Positions 16,090 to 18,328 of a stretch of 18,328 nucleotides of DNA are shown here, piece by piece. Position numbers and translations under genes: made by a program. The stretch's first letter is position 1; each line of letters begins with the position of its first letter. The stretch spans positions 1 through 18,328 of the forward strand of contig JBMFKU010000022.1 of the NCBI GenBank assembly GCA_049971805.1, read 5' to 3'. Source of the DNA: Caldisphaera sp. (GTDB lineage: Archaea; Thermoproteota; Thermoprotei_A; Sulfolobales; Acidilobaceae). The notes below the pieces were generated by a model. That model searched no databases, had not been told where the DNA came from, and saw nothing but the letters and a program-made list of their open reading frames with translations.

Positions 16090-17829
16090 ATGCAAAGAAA
16101 AATATCAAGTTTACCATATTTCGAAAGATGGTTTATCTATGGAATAATAATAGGAATATTAGTGGGCTTTATGGATCTCTCATTATATTACTTAAATGTT
16201 TTTGTTATAGAAGACCTTGTATTGGGAAAAATTATTGGTATTTCATTACCTCATCCTGGAATTGCAGTCTATATAGATTATTGGAAATCAATAAAGAGAT
16301 TAATTTTCTTGCCTGTTATAATTGCAATAGCCTCTCTTTTATCAGTTGTAATTGCATTATTAATGAGAACCCCTGAAATTGGAAGCGATGTAGCTATTAG
16401 GGCATTCCATAGAGGGAATAGAATTAAACCTATAGAAATACCAGCATCAATAATATCATCATCTATTACTATTGGTTTTGGGGGTAGTGCAGGCAGGGAA
16501 GGTCCTTCATCCCATGCAGGTGCAGGAATTGGCCAGTTTGTTATTAATCTTTTTAAGGGTAGTTCAGAGGATAGAAGGATTGCAACAGCAGTGGGTATGG
16601 GATCTGCAATTGGTGTTATATTCAAAACCCCATTTGCAGGATCCCTTTTAGCCGCTGAGATTCTCTATAAGAGAGATCTGGAACCAAATGTTATATTTCC
16701 ATCACTTATTGCGTCAAGCCTAGGATACGTTATCTTCTCTTCAGTAACAGGCTTTTCACCAATATTTGGTACATATACATTACCCTTTTCACCTGAAAGA
16801 CTACCACTTTATGTAGTTCTTGGTCTAATTTCTGGAGGAATTGCCATAATATATCCCTATTTTATGATAGGTGTGAAAAAGGCTTTTGACTCAAGGTTCA
16901 AAAATCAGTTTAAAAAAGCATTAATTGGAGGAATGATAGCTGGATCAATAGCCTTATTATTTCCTGAAGTTATGGGAGAAGGGTATGGATGGGTATGGAT
17001 GGTATCAAACTACAATATTGCTCCATCAATGTTACCTTTAATAATAACGCTTTGTCTATTACCAATAGCAAAAATTCTAGCAACATCATTTACATTAGGC
17101 TCAGGAGCTAAAGGAGGCGTGTTTGCTCCAGGCATTGTAATAGGTGGATTTACTGGTCTTGCTGTTGGATATATATTTCATTATTTATTTCCAGCATTAG
17201 TACCAACACCATTACCATTTATGATAGTGGGAATGCTTTCTACCTTTGGAATTGTGGGTGCGGTACCAATAAGCGTTACAATGATGGTTGTTGAAATGAC
17301 AGGAGGCCTTCAATTATTACCTGCAGAAATGATTGCATTAGCATCTGCATACCTGGTCGCAAGAAATACAAAGGGGATATTCTTAGAGCAACCACTTAAT
17401 AGAATGGAATCTCCAGCCCATGCATCAGAGTTCTCGACACCATTATTAGCTAAAATGAAGGTATCAGATGTAAAGATAGCAAAGATTTATATAAAGCCAA
17501 CAGATAGCGTCAAAAAGGCTATGGATTTAATGTACTCTCTTAACCTATTTTCTTTACCAGTTGTTGATGACTTGAACAATTTAATCGGTGTTGTGAAGCT
17601 TAACAGCATAATAAAGGCCAATGAAAATGATTGGATTATAAAATATGCGTCACCACCACCTAATTATGTTAGGCTAAGCTCTTCTCTTTATGATGCCCTG
17701 GAAGTCATGGCAAAATCCAGATATGTCATAGTTATGGAAAATAGAAAGTTTTTGGGTATATTATTGCTAGATGATATAGCAAAGGCATATAGAGAATTTG
17801 AAGAAAAATTGAAGAGAGAAAACCTTTAA
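16090..17829 (+). CDS. CLC-family chloride channel/Cl-/H+ antiporter with C-terminal CBS pair
   Basis: GGSAGREGP, FKTPFAG, GGVFAP and multiple TM helices. CBS-like C-terminus (LPVVDD..LIGVV; FLGILLLDDI). Confidence 0.93.
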   Translation: MQRKISSLPYFERWFIYGIIIGILVGFMDLSLYYLNVFVIEDLVLGKIIGISLPHPGIAVYIDYWKSIKRLIFLPVIIAIASLLSVVIALLMRTPEIGSDVAIRAFHRGNRIKPIEIPASIISSSITIGFGGSAGREGPSSHAGAGIGQFVINLFKGSSEDRRIATAVGMGSAIGVIFKTPFAGSLLAAEILYKRDLEPNVIFPSLIASSLGYVIFSSVTGFSPIFGTYTLPFSPERLPLYVVLGLISGGIAIIYPYFMIGVKKAFDSRFKNQFKKALIGGMIAGSIALLFPEVMGEGYGWVWMVSNYNIAPSMLPLIITLCLLPIAKILATSFTLGSGAKGGVFAPGIVIGGFTGLAVGYIFHYLFPALVPTPLPFMIVGMLSTFGIVGAVPISVTMMVVEMTGGLQLLPAEMIALASAYLVARNTKGIFLEQPLNRMESPAHASEFSTPLLAKMKVSDVKIAKIYIKPTDSVKKAMDLMYSLNLFSLPVVDDLNNLIGVVKLNSIIKANENDWIIKYASPPPNYVRLSSSLYDALEVMAKSRYVIVMENRKFLGILLLDDIAKAYREFEEKLKRENL

Positions 17830-17967
17830 GCAAATCCTATAGCATCTCAATATATTGTTAAAAACTATAAGAATTAGTTTAACAATTTAATGCATATAAT
17901 ATAGTTGTGCAAAAAGAAAAATATAAGGCTTAAAGTTCGTATAATATATGGAAAATGGTAAATAAAA

Positions 17968-18328
17968 ATGAAATCTGAAGAAATAAGAGAAGAGATAAAA
18001 AGAGTATTAGTTGATAATCCTTCAATAATAGCTGAAGCCATAGTCTCTAAACCTGAAATAATTTATCAAGCATTGGCAAAGCTTACTCCATGGCAAAATC
18101 TTGCAACAAAAGATGACATCAGGGAAGTAAAAAATTCGCTATCAAAATTAGAGATAAAGGTTACCAGCCTAGAGGAAAAGGTAGGAAATTTAGATAGACA
18201 GTTTGCTACTAAGGAAGACATTTCTAAGTTAGTTACAAAGGAAGAGGCTAAACAGTTTGCTACTAAGGAAGACATTTCTAAGTTAGTTACAAAGGAAGAG
18301 GCTAAACAGTTTGCTACTAAGGAAGACA
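17968..18328 (+). CDS. Partial crenarchaeal coiled-coil protein with ATKED repeats (family often fused to a C-terminal PD-(D/E)XK nuclease); runs off the window
   Basis: Open frame from ATG 17968: MKSEEIREEIKRVLVDNPSIIAEAIVSKPEIIYQALAKLTPWQNLATKDDI...FATKEDISKLVTKEEAKQ. It is missing from the ORF track because it has no stop within the window. Confidence 0.8.
   Translation, partial: MKSEEIREEIKRVLVDNPSIIAEAIVSKPEIIYQALAKLTPWQNLATKDDIREVKNSLSKLEIKVTSLEEKVGNLDRQFATKEDISKLVTKEEAKQFATKEDISKLVTKEEAKQFATKED
18198..18328 (+). repeat. Perfect 54-bp in-frame tandem repeat (at least 2.4 copies)
   Basis: Unit ACAGTTTGCTACTAAGGAAGACATTTCTAAGTTAGTTACAAAGGAAGAGGCTAA starting at 18198, 18252 and 18306. 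Confidence 0.97.

Noticed and set aside
11545-18275. Short overlapping ORFs in prpB, rnp4/lig, CLC and the last gene (including 16080-16376 and 18066-18275)
   Set aside because: They overlap confident genes and have no independent support.
18198-18328. CRISPR array
   Set aside because: The units are contiguous and identical with no unique spacers, and they are in frame within a CDS.

Overview
AT-rich (~30% GC) archaeal chromosome segment, most consistent with a thermoacidophilic crenarchaeon (GGTGA/GAGGTG RBS, archaeal ATP-dependent ligase, Rpp21, Sulfolobales-like IS relics; a Caldisphaera-like host is a guess). The left ~5.4 kb is a decayed accessory zone: the right end of an IS607-type tnpB element abutting a broken nuclease-like gene, a frameshifted membrane-protein relic, an intact acyl-CoA synthetase/enoyl-CoA hydratase pair, a RimI/Ard1 acetyltransferase whose TATA box and start codon appear to lie inside an IS200/IS605 left-end relic, and a second frameshifted tnpB. 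Next comes a 1567-aa membrane-anchored beta-helix surface protein. The right part is mostly housekeeping: MBL-fold enzyme, prpB, SPOUT methyltransferase (preceded by an unannotated, coupled 24-aa ORF), an aldo-keto reductase pseudogene, rnp4, lig and a CLC-CBS transporter. The window ends inside a coiled-coil gene with perfect 54-bp tandem repeats. No rRNA, tRNA or CRISPR array was seen. All family assignments come from motif reading and recall, not database searches.
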